A DNA stretch of 64,000 bases, from the NCBI RefSeq assembly GCF_009914755.1, contig NC_060926.1; one strand, 5' to 3'. Made by a program: the position numbers and the translations under genes. Positions 1 through 13,550 of the stretch are shown one piece after another (the stretch's first letter is position 1; every line of letters starts with the position of its first letter). This DNA comes from the human T2T-CHM13v2.0 reference genome, Homo sapiens. The notes beneath the pieces were generated by a model, which saw only the letters and a list, made by a program, of their open reading frames with translations, did no database searches and was not told the origin of the DNA.

Positions 1-544
1 AGTGGCATCAGGAGAGAAACACCCCACCCACCCCACCACCTGGACACGCTGCTCCGTGTGCAGACTCTTCCTGCATTCACAGCTCCAGCACTGGACACCA
101 GACCTGCTCCGTCCATTCTGAGCCTCCCCCCAGCCAGCCACCTTGCACTTCCCCTCTATATTTAGAAAGAAAGAAAGGAAGAAAGAGAGGTTTCTTAGTG
201 CCTTTTCTCACCTTTCTTCTTGGAGAAGGAGTGATGTAGGGAAATGCCCTGGCCTACCTGAAGTGAAAGTCCTGCATCCCACTCACCTGGCCCTCTGAGG
301 AAGGACATATTTCACAGAAGCGCCTTTTCCAGACAAAGTGCCAGTGCATTATTACTTAGATCTATTTTCTTGATAATTCATTGGTGTGTTAATGACATAA
401 ATTACTGTGATGTACAGTAATGCATCACTGCCCTCAAGGTCTATTGAGGTTGGATAAGACTACATTTTCTCATCCCCACCCTCCTGAGATTCCTACTTTA
501 CTAAATAGGCTAAGGCTTCTGCACTGGTGCCTTTAAAAAAAAAG

Positions 545-3106
545 GTTTTTTTTTTAGAGTGGTTTAAGGTTCACAGAAAAAACTGAGTGGAAGATGTAGA
601 GAATTCCCAAATACCCCTATCCCAACATACACGCACAACCTTTCTCACTTCAGTATCCTCAAAAGTGGCATATTTGTTACAACTGATGGACCCACATTGA
701 CACATCATTATCACCCAAAGTCCATTAATTTACATGAAGGTTCACTCTTGGTGTTGTACATTCCATTGGTTTTGACAAATGCATGATTACAGGTGTTGAC
801 CCTTATGATATCTTACAGAAAGAGTTATACTGCCCTAAAAAACCTCTGTACCCTGACTATTCATCCCTCTGTTTCCCCTAATCACTGGCAACCACTAGTC
901 TTTTTACTGCCTCCATGGTTTTGTCTTTTCTAGAATTTCATAGAATAGATATCATACAATATGTAGCTTCTAAAGATTGATTTCTTTCACTTAGTAGTAG
1001 CAATTAAGGTTTGTCTATGTCTTTTCATAGCTTGATAGCTCCTTTCATTTTGGCACTGAATTAACATTCCATTGTTTGGATGTTCTACAGTTTATTCACC
1101 TACTGAAGGACATCTTGGTTGCATCTAAGTTTTGGCAATTATGAGTAAGGTTGTTGTAAGCATGCCTGTGCAGGTTTTCATGTGGCAATAAGTTTTAAAT
1201 TCCTTTGAGTCAGTTCCAAGGTGTGTGATCACTGAGGTGCATGATAAGACATGTTCAGTTTTGTAAGAAACTGCCAAATTGTCTTCCACAGTGGTTGTGC
1301 AGTTTGCATTCTCACCAGCAATGAATGAGAGTTCCTGTTGCCCCACATCCTCACCAGAATCTGATGTTGTCAGTGTTTTGGATTTGACCATTCTAATAGA
1401 CCTGTGGTGGTATTTCACTGTTCTTTCAATTTGCAATTCCCTAATGGCATATGATGTCGAACTTATATGCTTACTGGCCATCCATATACCTTCTTTGGTG
1501 AGGTAGCTGTGCAGGTCTTTTACCCATTTTTTAATTTAGTTGTTCATTGTCTTATTGCTGAGTTTTATAAGTTCTTTGTATATTTGGATAAGTACTTTAC
1601 AAGATGTGTCTTTTGCAAATATTTTTCTCCCAGTGTACCGCTTGTCTCCTCATTCATCGTTATTAAATTTTAATGAAGTCCAGCTTATAATTATTTCTTT
1701 TATGGATCATGCCTTTGGTGTTGCATCTAAAAAGTCATCATCATTCCAAGGTCATCTAGGTTTTCTCCTATGTCATCTTCTAGGAGTTTTATTGCTTTAC
1801 ACTTAGGTTTATGATTCATTTTGAGTTAATTTTGAGAAGTGTATAAGGTCTGTGTTTAGATTCATTTTTTTTTGTATGTGAATGTCCAACTGTTGCAGCA
1901 CCATTTGTTAAAAAGACAATCTTTGCTCCATCGTATCGCCTTTTCTTCTTTGTGAAACATCAGTTGACTGTATTTATGTTGGTCTATTTCTGGGCTCTCT
2001 ATTCTGTTCCATTGATCTCTTTGTCCATTCTTTTGTCCATTCTTTTTGTAGTATGGACAGTGTCCATACTACACTGTCTTGATAACTGCAGCTTTGTAGT
2101 AAATCTTGAAATTGGGTAGTGTCAGTCCTCTGACTTTGTTCTCTATTCTCCTTCAATATTGAGTTGGCTATTCTGGATCTTGTTCTTCTCCATATAAACC
2201 TTAGGATCAATTTGTTGATAGCCACAAAATAATTTACTGGGATTTTGATTGGGATTGCATTGAGTCTACAGTTGGGAACAACTGACATCTTGACATATTC
2301 AGTCTCCTTATTCATGAAAAAGAAATATCTCTCCATTTGTTTAGTTCTTTGATTTTGTTCATCAGAGTTTTGTAGTTTTTCTCACATAAATCTTGTACAC
2401 ACTTTTTAGATTCATACCTAAGTATTACATTTGTTGGAGAGTATTAATGTAAAACGTAAATGATAATGTGTTTTGAATTTCAAGTTCCACTTATACATTG
2501 CTGTTACATATGAAAGTGATTAACTTTTGTATTGCCTCTGATTCTATCTTCTGGAAGAGATTGTGGAGAATTGACATAATTTCTTTTTTAAATGTTTGAT
2601 AGGATTTACCAGTGAATCTATCTGGGCCTGGTGCTTTCTGTGTTAAAGGTTATTAATTAATGATTCAATTTCTTCAATAGTTATAGGCCTATTCAGATTA
2701 TCTACTTTTTGTATGAGTTTTGGTAGCTTACATCTTTCAAGGAATTGTTTTATTTCATCTAGGTTATCAAGTATATGAGCATAGAGTTGTTCTTAATATT
2801 CCTTCATTATCCATTTAATGTACATGAGCTCTATAGTGAGATCTTTTTATTTTGATATTAGTAATTTGGATCTTCTCTTTTTTTTCTTAGTTAGCCTGGC
2901 CAGAGGCTTATTAATTTCATTGATCTTTTTAAGGACCCAAATTTCAGTTATGTTGATTTTCTCTATTGATTGTCTGTTTTCAATGAAATTGATTTTTGCT
3001 GCAAATTTTATTTTTCTTCAGCTTACTTTGAATTTAATTTGCCTTTTTTTTTCTAGTTTTCTAAAGTGGGAGCCCAGATTGCTGATTTTATTTGTATTTT
3101 ATTTTT

Positions 3107-3137
<31 letters not shown>

Positions 3138-6100
3138 GAAATGGAGTCTCACTCTGTCACCCAGGCTGGAGTGCAATGGCGCAATCTTGGCTCACTGCAA
3201 CCTCCACTTCCTGGGTTCAAGTGATTCTCCTGCTTCAGCCTCCTGAGTAGCTGGGATTACAGGTGTGTGCCACCATGCCTGGCTAATTTTTGTATTTTTA
3301 GTAGAAACAGGGTTTCACCATGTTGGTCAGGCTGGTCTTGAACTCCTGACCTCGTGATCCGCCCGCCTCATCCTCCCAAAGTGCTGGGATTACAGGCATG
3401 AGCCGTCGTGCCTGGTGGATTATTGATTTTTAATCTTCCTTTCTAATATATGCATTCAATACTATAAATTTCCCTCTAAGCATTGTTTTCACTGCATCTT
3501 GCAAATTTTGATAAGCTGTATTTTCAATTTCATTTAATTCAAAATATTTTAAAATTTCCCTTGAGATTTTCTTTTTGACCATGTGTTCTTTTGAATTGTG
3601 TTGTTTAATCTTCAAGCATTTGGGGGTTTTCCAGCTATCTTTCTGTTATCGATATCTAGTTTAATTTCATTTTGGTTTGAAAGCAGACATTGTATGATCT
3701 CTATTCATGCAATTTAAATTTGTAAATGTGTGTTTCATAGCACAGAATGTGGTCCATCTAGGTGAATGCTCCACGTGAGCTTGAGAAAAATGTCTTTTCT
3801 GCTGTTGTTGGCTAAAGTAGTCTATAAATGTCAATTATATCCAATTAATTGATGGTGCCGTTGAGTCCAACTATGTCCTTACTGATTTTTGGCCTGGTGC
3901 TGTCCATTTCTGATATAAGGGTGTTGAAGTCTTCACATATAATAATGGATTCATCTATTTGTCTCTGCAGTTCCACCAGATTTGCCTCATGTATTTTGAA
4001 GCTCTGTTGTTAGGTGCACACACATTAAGGACTGTTATATCTTCTTGGAGTATTGATTCCTTTATTATTTTTAATGCCCCTCTTTTTCTCTGATAACTGT
4101 TTGCTCTGTCCAAAATTAATATGCTACTTCCACTTTCTTTTGATTAGTATATCATGGTCCACCTTTCTTTATCTACTTAGTTTTAATCTATCTGTGTCTT
4201 TTCATTTAAAGTAGGTTTCTTGTAGACAACATATAGTTGGGTCTTGTTATTTTCATCTACTCTAACAATCTCTGTCTTTTAAATGGTGTATTTAGATCAC
4301 TGACATTTAAGGTAATCATTGATATAGTTGGATTAGTATCTACCATATTTGTTATTGTTTTCTATTTGTCGTCCTTATTCTTTGTTTCTAGTTTTGTCTT
4401 TCACTCATTTTCTGACTTTTGTGGTTTGAACTGAGCATTATATATAATTTCATCTCCTTTCCTTTCATAAAGTATCAATTATACTTCCTTTTTTCTTTTT
4501 TTTTTTTTTCTGGTAGTTGCCCTAGAGTTTGCAGTATACATTTTTAACTAATCCAAGTCCACTTTTAAATAACACTACGCCGCTTTACAGGTAGTGATTG
4601 TATCTTATAATAACAAAATATTTCTAACTTTTCCCTCTTGTTTATTTTATCATTGTTGTCATTCATTTTACTTATACACAAGCACATATATATATACATA
4701 TGCACACATAAACAAATGCATGGTTGCTATGATTGTCTTGAACAAATTGCTATCTGTTAGACCAATTAAGATTAAGAAAAATAAAAATTTTTATTTTACC
4801 TTTACTTGTTCATTCTCTCATGCTCTTCCTTTATGTAGATCTGAGTTTCTGGCCTACATCATTTTCCTTCTCTTTAAAGAACTTCTTTTAATATTTCTTA
4901 CAAGATGGGTCTACTGGCAACAAATTATCTCAAGTTTTGTTTGAGAAAATATTTCTCACTCGCTTTTGAAGGATACTTACGGAGGTTACAGAATTTTAGG
5001 TGCTTTGGTTTTTTCTTTCAATACTTTAAGTATTTCTCTCCATGCCTCTTGCTTGCATGGTTTCTGGGAAAAGTCAGATATAATTTTATATTTGCTCTTC
5101 TATAGGTGAGGGGTGTTTTCCTTTGGCTTCTTTCAAGTCATTTTTCTTTACCTTTGATTTTTTGAAGTTTGAATATCACATGCCTTGGTATAGTTTTTGT
5201 TTGGTTTTGGGTTTTGGTACTTATCCTGGTTTGTGTTCTCTGAATTTCCTGACTCTGTGGTTTAAAATCTGACATTAATTTTGGGAAATTCTCAGTCATT
5301 TTTGTTTCAAATATTGCTTCTTTTCCTTTCTCTTTTTCTTCTTTTACTGCTGATATTCTCGTTACACATATGTTACATCTTTTGTAGTTATCACACAGTT
5401 CTTATTTGTTTCTGTTTGTTTTCATTCACTTCCTTTTCTCTGTTTTTTGGTTTTGAAAGTTTGCATTGTCATATCCTCAAGCTCAGAGATTCTTTTCTCA
5501 GCCATGTCCAGTCTACTAATGAGCCCACCGAAGGTAGTCTTCAATTTGTTATAAGCGTTTTCAATCTCTAGCATTTCTTTTTAATTCTTAGAATTTCCGT
5601 TCTCTGCTTACATTATCCATCTGTTTTTGTATGTTATCTATTTTTTCCATTAAATCTCTTAGCATACTAATCATAGCTTTATAAAATTCCTCATTTGTTA
5701 ATTCCAATATTCCTGTCCTATTTGACTCTGGTTCTGCTGTTTGTTCAGTCTCTTCAAATTGTGTTTGCCTTTGACTATGCCTTATAATTTTTGGTTGAAA
5801 GGTGGACATGATGTACTGGCTGAAAAGACCTGATATAAATAGGCCTTTAGTTAATGTATTGGTAAGATATGAAGGAGAAGTATCCTATAGTCCTAGGATT
5901 AGTCTCAGTTTTTTGGTGAGCTTGTGCCGCTCACCTGTGAACTTCACAAGCGCTTCTCAGGGTTTTTTTTCTCCGTTTGGTGGGACAGGATGGCTGGAGG
6001 GGGCTGGGCTTGTGTATTTCCCTTCCCACAGGTGAAAGACTAAAGGTCCTGGGGTTGCGTATTTCCCCTCCCCAAGGTAGGCGAGGATCTAATATAACCT

Positions 6101-6592
6101 CAGAAGTTTAGGCTGCGGTAAAATAATTTCTTCTGAGGACAGGCCTTTTTAAGAAGAACAGAATGCTCTGGCATATTCCAAAATGGTTCATTTTTCCCAC
6201 TCCCTACCAGAAACACAAGGAGATTTTTCTCCAACATTTACTGTGAGGACCTGGTGGAGATCCTGGAGGTAAAACTCACAAAGGTGTAGAGCACCCGCTC
6301 CATGACTGCATCCCCCTGGAGTTTATATCCATGTATAAACTCCAGCAATTCACCAGTTAGTCCTTACATCTTCCTATCCTGGCAAAGGTTCCTGCAGAGG
6401 TTTCTGCTCTGATATGCCGTGTCTGCCTGTCTGTCTCTCCAATTTTTTGGACAATGAGTTGTCCTGTGACCTCATTCCTCTGATGGATCTAAAAACAACT
6501 GTTGATTCTTCAGTTTGTTCAGCCTTTTTCTTCTTGTTTAGATGAAATAAAGACTCCTAAGCTGCTTACATGCCAGACCAGAAACTGGAAGT
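545..6592 (-). mobile_element. Old, long L1 (L1MC-like) in XDH intron 6, degenerate with internal deletions
   Basis: T-run and L1MC-type 3' end at ~545; ORF2 remnants (NAIPIKIP, LKYFELNE..TAYQNL in the ORF track). Confidence 0.8.
3090..3414 (-). mobile_element. AluS with (TTTA)n tail, inserted in L1
   Basis: Full Alu dimer; imperfect TSD GATTRYTGATTTT. Confidence 0.93.
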
Positions 6593-7159
6593 CTTGCTTG
6601 TACCTGTTTAATGGTTCCTCCATTTCTTTCCTTGTCACCAGATAGCTGTGGTCACTTCTCGCCGTGAGCAGTGTGCCCACCTCTAGTTGACCCTCCACAC
6701 GCTTTCTAGTGTGTGCTGTGGACAGGAAAGCTAGTAACCGAGTTTGTTAGAGCTGTGTGTAAAATAAAAGTAAAAAGGCTCTGAAGAAACATCTCGGAGA
6801 CCTCCGATGAGTAACATGCATTAGCTTCTGAGCACCTTTTGTGTGTCAGGCATTTTGGCTGCTCAGAGCTCTCAGTCTTGCTCTGCTCTGCACTGCAGGG
6901 TAGCTGAATTGAGGGAGGTAAGTTCTGCATGGTGAAATCAAGAGCGATTTCAACTTCCAGGAGGGAAGGCAACTGCTATACTCAAAAATCCTTCTCTTTT
7001 GAAAAATTAAGAGGACTGATTACATTATATCACTTTGAGCAGGTTCTTATGAAGTAAATAGAGGCAAGATTAACAATCTCTGGGTCTCAGGAAACAGTGA
7101 GTAACTTGGGAAGATTATATAGAGGCTACTGGAAGAAATATACCAGCTTCATAATTTAT

Positions 7160-7450
7160 AGTTCCCATTTATTGAATAACAGAAATGTGCCAGGCATTGT
7201 TCTAAAAGCTTTTCAAGAAGTACTTAATTTTTATAAACACAGTAAGGTAGATATTCTAATGAAATCACCTAATAAAATCACCATTTTATTAGGTTGGTGC
7301 AAAAATAATTACAGTTTTTCCCATACTTTTAATGGCAAAACCACAGTTACTTTTGCACCAACCTAATAGAAACAAGGAGACTTGCCCAAGGTCGTGCATC
7401 AATTAAGTGCCTCAAATTGAACCCAGGTCTGCAGAATCTGAATTTGTGCT
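7160..7450 (-). mobile_element. MIR fragment interrupted by MADE1
   Basis: Antisense MIR motifs (CATTTATTGA..GTGCCAGGCA; CTTGCCCAAGGTC; GAACCCAGGTCTG). Confidence 0.65.
7289..7366. mobile_element. MADE1 (Hsmar1 mariner-derived MITE)
   Basis: TIRs TTAGGTTGGTGCAAAA / TTTTGCACCAACCTAA; 78 bp; TA target duplication on both sides. Confidence 0.93.
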
Positions 7451-8363
7451 TTTAGGCATTTTCATTTAATTCCACACTTGTTAATTCTTCATCAGCAGCA
7501 GCATTAATCAGAGTGTGGTGTTTTCCATCCTTATAAGGTCCTGTCTCCTTGTTTACCCACCCCTTCTTGGATTATACGATTATACAGACACAGCACTCTT
7601 TTTCATGATGCTCCAACCCTAAAGGTGAGTGGAAAGCACAGGAGTCTGTAACTCCCCTGGACCCAGAATCAAACTGAAATGAGATGGTTTGATTTGGAGT
7701 CAGGATTAACGTGGCCCAATTGAGAAGTCAAGTAAAACCTGGGGGGAGATTAAGCCAAGAAAGGAGATGCCAGCTCTCTGCCTTCCTTGCCAGATGGCAG
7801 GTGTGTGTATGTGTTTATATAATCAATGCCCACACATCCGGCTGTGACTTCTCACTCAGAGTTATATGAACATTGCAGGGGTTCACAAACTGTCTGGAGA
7901 TCTAATTACCAGTTTCATAAGCCCAAAAGAGTGCCAGCCACAGAAAGCAGCCAGGAGAGGGAAGGAGGAGGGGTGCAAGTGCTGAGCAAGGCCACGTTGT
8001 TATTAAATGCTACATTCAGCACCTGTGCCATGGGCTGAGCCTGCCAGTCTCCAAGGGAAAGCTGCCAAGCCCAAAGGCACTGCCAAGCTCAAAGGCACTC
8101 TCAGGCGGTGAGCCTCTTCCAGGAAGCCGGTCTCCAGACCATCACTGGCAGAAAGTCCCATGCTATTCATAAGAACCCTTCCCTGAATAAGAATGGCAGA
8201 CTCTACTCCCCATGCCAGATGTCCCCAGAGGGAAGACTCACTAACTGGTCATCTTATCATCATTGTTTGTAGACCAGAGGCCCTTGGTCTCCCTCCCCAC
8301 AGTGATTTCTGAGTGTTGCCATTTTAGAAGCAGAGACACTGATGTTCTGGGGTCCCCACTTAC

Positions 8364-8425
8364 CCTGGCAAAGGTCCGGAAGCCCTGGAGGATGGGTCTG
8401 TAGCCTGTGCAGCGGCACAGATTTC
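8364..8425 (-). CDS. XDH: XDH coding exon 6 ([21 protein letters not shown]; Cys148/150)
   Basis: 62 nt; NLCRCTGY motif seen in ORF 8241..8501; donor AGG|GTAAGT. Confidence 0.98.
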
Positions 8426-9268
8426 CTGTGGGCCAAGGAAAAAACTGCAATGTCAGTGCAGGGCCCTGGGATGGGTGAGGAGTTTGTGACTTTGCTTGCA
8501 ACTAAGTTGGGTGCTCTCTTTACCAGGCTGCATATTCTGTTACCTCTGTCTGGAAGGCCTCTTGGCCTTCTCATATCCTGACTTCAGAAAAGTTATCATG
8601 ATTTCAGGAAGTCTTTCCTAGAATGGAAGCCTTCCTAGAATGCCCAGACTGAGTCAGGTACCTCTCCTAAGTGCTCCCACAGTGGCTGATCACAGCTTCA
8701 TCAGTTAGCCTATCAGACTACATTACAAACTCTCCTCTTCAGAGTATGAACTTTTTGAGAGTAGAGGGTGTGTCTTTTATCCCTGTGGCATAGGATGTGA
8801 CTAAAATAACTGAATAAATGATGGAAATGGTGAATAGATGGGGAGGCTTCTCTATTCAATTCAGAGAAGCAGACACATTGGTGGTCTTGGCCCTGCAGAA
8901 TCCTGTTCTGGTGAAAACTGAGAGGGAAGGAAATCATATCACTAGCCCCCGTGGAGTTTTCTAAATGACGTCTTCCTGCACCAGCCATGCACTGCCAACC
9001 CCACTCCAATACTGGTGGAAGGCAGACAGACACCTCAGAAATATGGACACAAAGGCAGGAGACCCCAGGAGGTCTCCACACCAACCAGGAGTTCTCCCAA
9101 GTAAGAGAGGGTTGGCTTTCTAGCAGATCTTAGTCACCACCTTGTTGGGGGGCCTGAGCCCTTCCTCCAAAGGGTAGTCCCTCATGCTTCTCACCCTGGC
9201 ACTTGCCCTGACCTCTGCAGGGCCTCGTTTGCCATTCCACCTCCTAGGCTGTGCCTGAAGGCCCATAC

Positions 9269-9395
9269 CTTGGAAGGCATTCTCAATCTCCTCCATGGTG
9301 GGCTCGGGCTGATTCCGGAGCAGTGTGTACATACTCATGACGATGCCAGGGGTGCAGAACCCGCACTGGGAGCCGTGGCTTTTGGCAATTCTCTC
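9269..9395 (-). CDS. XDH: XDH coding exon 5 ([43 protein letters not shown]; Cys113/116)
   Basis: 127 nt; QCGFCTPG motif; overlaps ORF 9120..9338; AG at 9396-9397; donor GTATGG. Confidence 0.98.
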
Positions 9396-9509
9396 CTAAA
9401 AGATACAGATGACATAGACACCTGGGATGGCAGAACCCTCCCAGGCTCCCCAAAGGACTCGACTGGAGCCAGCACATGTTGAGAGATAGTGGGGGTAGTA
9501 ATCACTGCA

Positions 9510-9712
9510 CAGAGTCAAGCCCCAGTGCCACCATTTACCAACTGTGACCTTGGCCAGTTTCCAAGCCCTCTGAGTCTAGGTTCTTCATCTGTATGATGAG
9601 GACCATCCTTGTAGTTACCTCTAGAGCTGCGATGAGGATTAACTGAGATATTCATGTAAAACCCTTAACACTGTACCTGCATATAGCAGGCAGTCAGCCA
9701 GTGTTAGCTATG
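9510..9712 (+). mobile_element. MIR
   Basis: Core TGTGACCTTGG..CATCTGTA..GAGGATTAA..TGAG. Confidence 0.75.
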
Positions 9713-9744
9713 ACTAGGAAGGTCCCTTCAAAGAACAGTGACTA

Positions 9745-10145
9745 TCATAACCAGAAGGCAGCTTCTGAATGGATTGGGTGTGGCATATGACAGAAACAGT
9801 CAAAGGTGATGTCTAGATTTTTGTCTTGAGCAATTGGGTGGATGGCTTTGCCATTGACTCAGATGGGAGAAGACTGGGGAAGGAAGCCATTAGGAAAAGA
9901 GTAGGGTTTTCTTAAGTTTGAGATTAGACATCCGTATTGAGATGTCAAATAGGCAATTGGAAATGTAACTTCTGAGGGGAGGTCAAAGCTGAAGTTGTAA
10001 ATGAGAGTATAGGGATGAAGAAGGGGAGGGGCCCAGGTCAGGGCTCAGGGCACTGCAGCAATTAGAGACTGAGCAGAGGAGGAGCAAGTGTGGGGAGAGA
10101 AGGAAAAGCCAGAACCACAGTGTCACAGAAACCAAGAGAAAACAA
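9745..10145 (-). mobile_element. L2 fragment
   Basis: Typical L2 antisense purine-rich motifs. Confidence 0.6.
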
Positions 10146-10267
10146 ATAAATGGACAAGAAGTGGAATCTGGCTCTGAAGCCTATTTGTAGCCAAAATAAG
10201 TTGATTAGGAATAAGAACCTGTACCATTGGATAGGGAGGATTTTAGGTTGATTATACAGATACAACC

Positions 10268-10613
10268 TAATTTGGTTTGGCTGTGTCCTCACCCCAATCT
10301 CATCTTGAATTGTAGCCCCCATAATTCCCATGTGTTGCGAGAGGGACCCTGTGGGAGATAACTGAATCATGGGGGTGGTTCCCCCATCCTGTTCTCATGG
10401 TAGTGAATAAATCTGACGAAATCTGAAGGGTTTCTGTTTTCACTTAGCTCTCATTTCTCTTGTCTGCCACCATGTAAGATGTGCTTTTCACCTTCTGCCA
10501 TGATTGTGAGGCCTCCCCAGCCATGTGGAACTGAATCCATTAAACTTCTCTTTCTTTGTAAATTACCCAGTCTTGGTTATGTCTTTATCAGCAGTGTGAG
10601 AATAGACTAATAC
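10268..10613 (+). mobile_element. THE1-family MaLR solo LTR
   Basis: TGGTTTGGCTGTGTCC..AATCTCATCTTGAATTGTAG start and AGACTAATAC end. Confidence 0.88.
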
Positions 10614-10928
10614 TTGACTCCTATGTTTAAACTATTTATTCTTTCTTTCATCTGTTTGTTTCAAAGAAAATAACAAGCCTTAATTAACCCTCTCACGTCT
10701 CCTTCAGGTTGGACAAGTTTAGTAATTTCCCCTCTTCCTGCCTAAGAAACAAATCTATAGATGGGAAGCAATCCCACCCCGACCTGGCTGGCCTCACATG
10801 ACTGGCCCAAGATGCCACTCCAAGGAATAGTACCAGCCTCTCCGCAGGAGGCTCCAGCTCCATCGCCTGAATGACATGTCTCCTCAAATAATCAAGGGAG
10901 GATTAAGACCTGGGCCAAGCTCTGGTAA

Positions 10929-11162
<234 letters not shown>

Positions 11163-11914
11163 CAAAGACCCCAAGTTTCCTCAAACAAAATGCTTTGGGG
11201 ACAATGGCCGTTCCTTCCAACAGGGCTCTACTCCCCTTTCTTTCCACTCAGCCTAACAGCATCCTGATTGTCTCCCCAAACCAGTCTAAGATTATTACTG
11301 CCCATTTGCCCCAGAAATGTTTCGGATTTCAATGCATTTTCAGGTGGTCTGATACCATCAAGGAGAAAGCCTTGCTCAGGCACTAAATCTCTGTCATCTT
11401 ATTTAGCACTTGCTAACCTCCAGTCTAATGAAAGAGGAGGCCTAGCAGTTTACATTTGTACTATCTGCGGGTGGGAGGTAAGGGGTGCAGAATTACCATT
11501 GCAGGGAGTAAGTGGGCTTATAAACAAGGGGCACAGATAATTAAAATTCAAATCTGGGAAGGCTGGGAGTTTCCTAAACACACTCCAGAACAAAGTGAGG
11601 AAGCTCTTCTGCATCCCTTCCTCCAAGTTCTGGACTGGCCTAGCCACCAGATTCAGTTGGCCTCTTGGGTCCCTTCAGATCATGCAATGTTATAACCAAC
11701 CAGCTCACAGGAAGGAGCTTCAGGCTTGGGTGTTTCTTCTTTTCACCTCACGGTACCCAGAGGAGATGGGGAGGTGGCCAGGGTGAAATGCCTTCTTAGA
11801 TTAAGCAGTGAAACTCTTCCCAACAACCCAAAGCAAGTCTGCAACTTTGGCATGAGCCTCCCTGCAGAGGAAAGAGCCTGATCTCAAGAGCACAGCTCCC
11901 TTTCCTCTGTTTAC

Positions 11915-12023
11915 CTGCACAGGATGCAGCCTCGTCTTGGTGCTTCCTATTCCTTCCACAGTTGTCACTGCAACATGGTGCAAGGAGCAGATGGGGGCCA
12001 GGCAGGCATTGGCAGAAAAGTGG
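11915..12023 (-). CDS. XDH: XDH coding exon 4 ([36 protein letters not shown]; Cys73)
   Basis: 109 nt; contained in ORF 11801..12046; AG at 12024-12025; donor CAG|GTAAAC. Confidence 0.98.
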
Positions 12024-12534
12024 CTAGAACCCCAGATTAAGGTCATTCCATTTATTGTCCACTCAGATCATCAGAATGGGCCTGACTGTGAGCTCTGGAG
12101 GACTTTGTGAGGCTTTATGTTACGTCTCTCCGCTCCCATTTATGTTCTTGTCTCTTCTACCAGTGTCCTCACCTCTCCACTGAAGACTCTGGGAAAGGAA
12201 CAAAGGAAGCTCTCCTTATAGGTAAAGCTGAGCCCCTCCAGAGTACTGTGGGATCAGGCATCAGAGCATCCTCAGCCTCTGAGCAGGAGCAACGGAGCCA
12301 GGGTCACTTTCAGTCACCTCTTACTCAGCCTGACCCAGGAGGCTGAGTCAAGAGGAAATTTCTCTGGCAGGCTGCAGCCTTAAAGCATGCTCCTGCCTGC
12401 AGGGCTGTTCCTTAGCTTCCAATCACTTTGCTTCCCTGCATTTCCTCGCCTCTATTGCTTTCATTTCTCTGTGGGGAAAGGGGGAGGAAACCCCCAGGCA
12501 ACATGAGACAGCAAGCCCTTAGCTAGAACTTCCT

Positions 12535-13550
12535 TGCATTCTTCTGTTATTCATCACTCATTCACTTACATTCAGCATCAGTTATTGAGTGCCAGACATA
12601 AGTCAGGCACTCTGCTGAGGGCTGGGAAAATAAAGATGAATAAGATGAAAGCTCTGCCCTTCAATAGACTGCAGTCAACTGAGAAAACCAAAGTCCATAT
12701 GAAGGTGCAATTTAAATCTTGTTAAAGTAAATTAAAAAGGAGACCAGGCCTGAAGACTCAGCAGAGGAAACCAGTTAGGCCTCACAAGTGACCTAAACTG
12801 TGCTTGATTTGCAGCAGAGTCTTAACTTGAGCTACTTCTTACGAATATCTTTATATTAAAAAAAAGCCTTACGATCAACCAATCAGAAGTAGTCAACAAA
12901 CTTATAACTATAGTACTAGGGACTTTCCAGTGGGATAGACCAAGTAAGGCAATTGTATAATTGTAACCAATCAAATAATTTCTTTGCTTTTTGCCTGTGT
13001 CCATCCTACAAAAACCTCCTGCTTGCATTTCCCTGGTGGAGCTCCTGAACTGCTTCTAATGTGGAGCTGCTTGAGCTCATGAACTGTTGTTTTCTCAAAT
13101 AAACTGTAAAAATTGTATCATGCCTGAGTTTACATTGGGAATGCTGTGCACAGGGCACTATGGGACCAGCACAGTCAAGGGGCACCTAACCCAGTCTTGA
13201 GAGATCCAGGATGGCTTCCTGGAGGGGGTGATATTTTTGCCCAGTTGTAAAGAGCTAGTAAGAGTTAGTCAGATAGAGAAATCCTAGGAGAACTTCCCAG
13301 CTTAAACAAAGACCAAGCAATTAGTGGGCCTGTGTCATTGGTATTTCACAATTATCTCTGCTTGAATGGAGTGCTGGGCCCATGGTGAGAAAGAAAACTG
13401 GAGAAGAAACCTGGGGCATACTGTGCAGGGCCTTGCCCGCTAAGCAAAGAGATTTTGTCCTGGGGGCAATGAAGAGCTATTGAAGGGCTTTATGGAATGT
13501 GATATAAATGTGGATTTTAGAAAAGTCATTTTATCAGCAGTTCGGAGCCT
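12535..13550 (-). mobile_element. L2 3' region split by an LTR
   Basis: Degenerate (CATT)n tail at ~12537; L2-like sequence resumes after 13135. Confidence 0.6.
12720..13134 (+). mobile_element. ERV1-class solo LTR (MER92/MER57-like)
   Basis: TG...CA ends, two AACCAATC motifs, AATAAA near 13098; subfamily from memory. Confidence 0.65.

Noticed and set aside
1-8363. XDH exon 7 (DGGCCGG...)
   Set aside because: Not found; intron 6 continues past the left edge of the window
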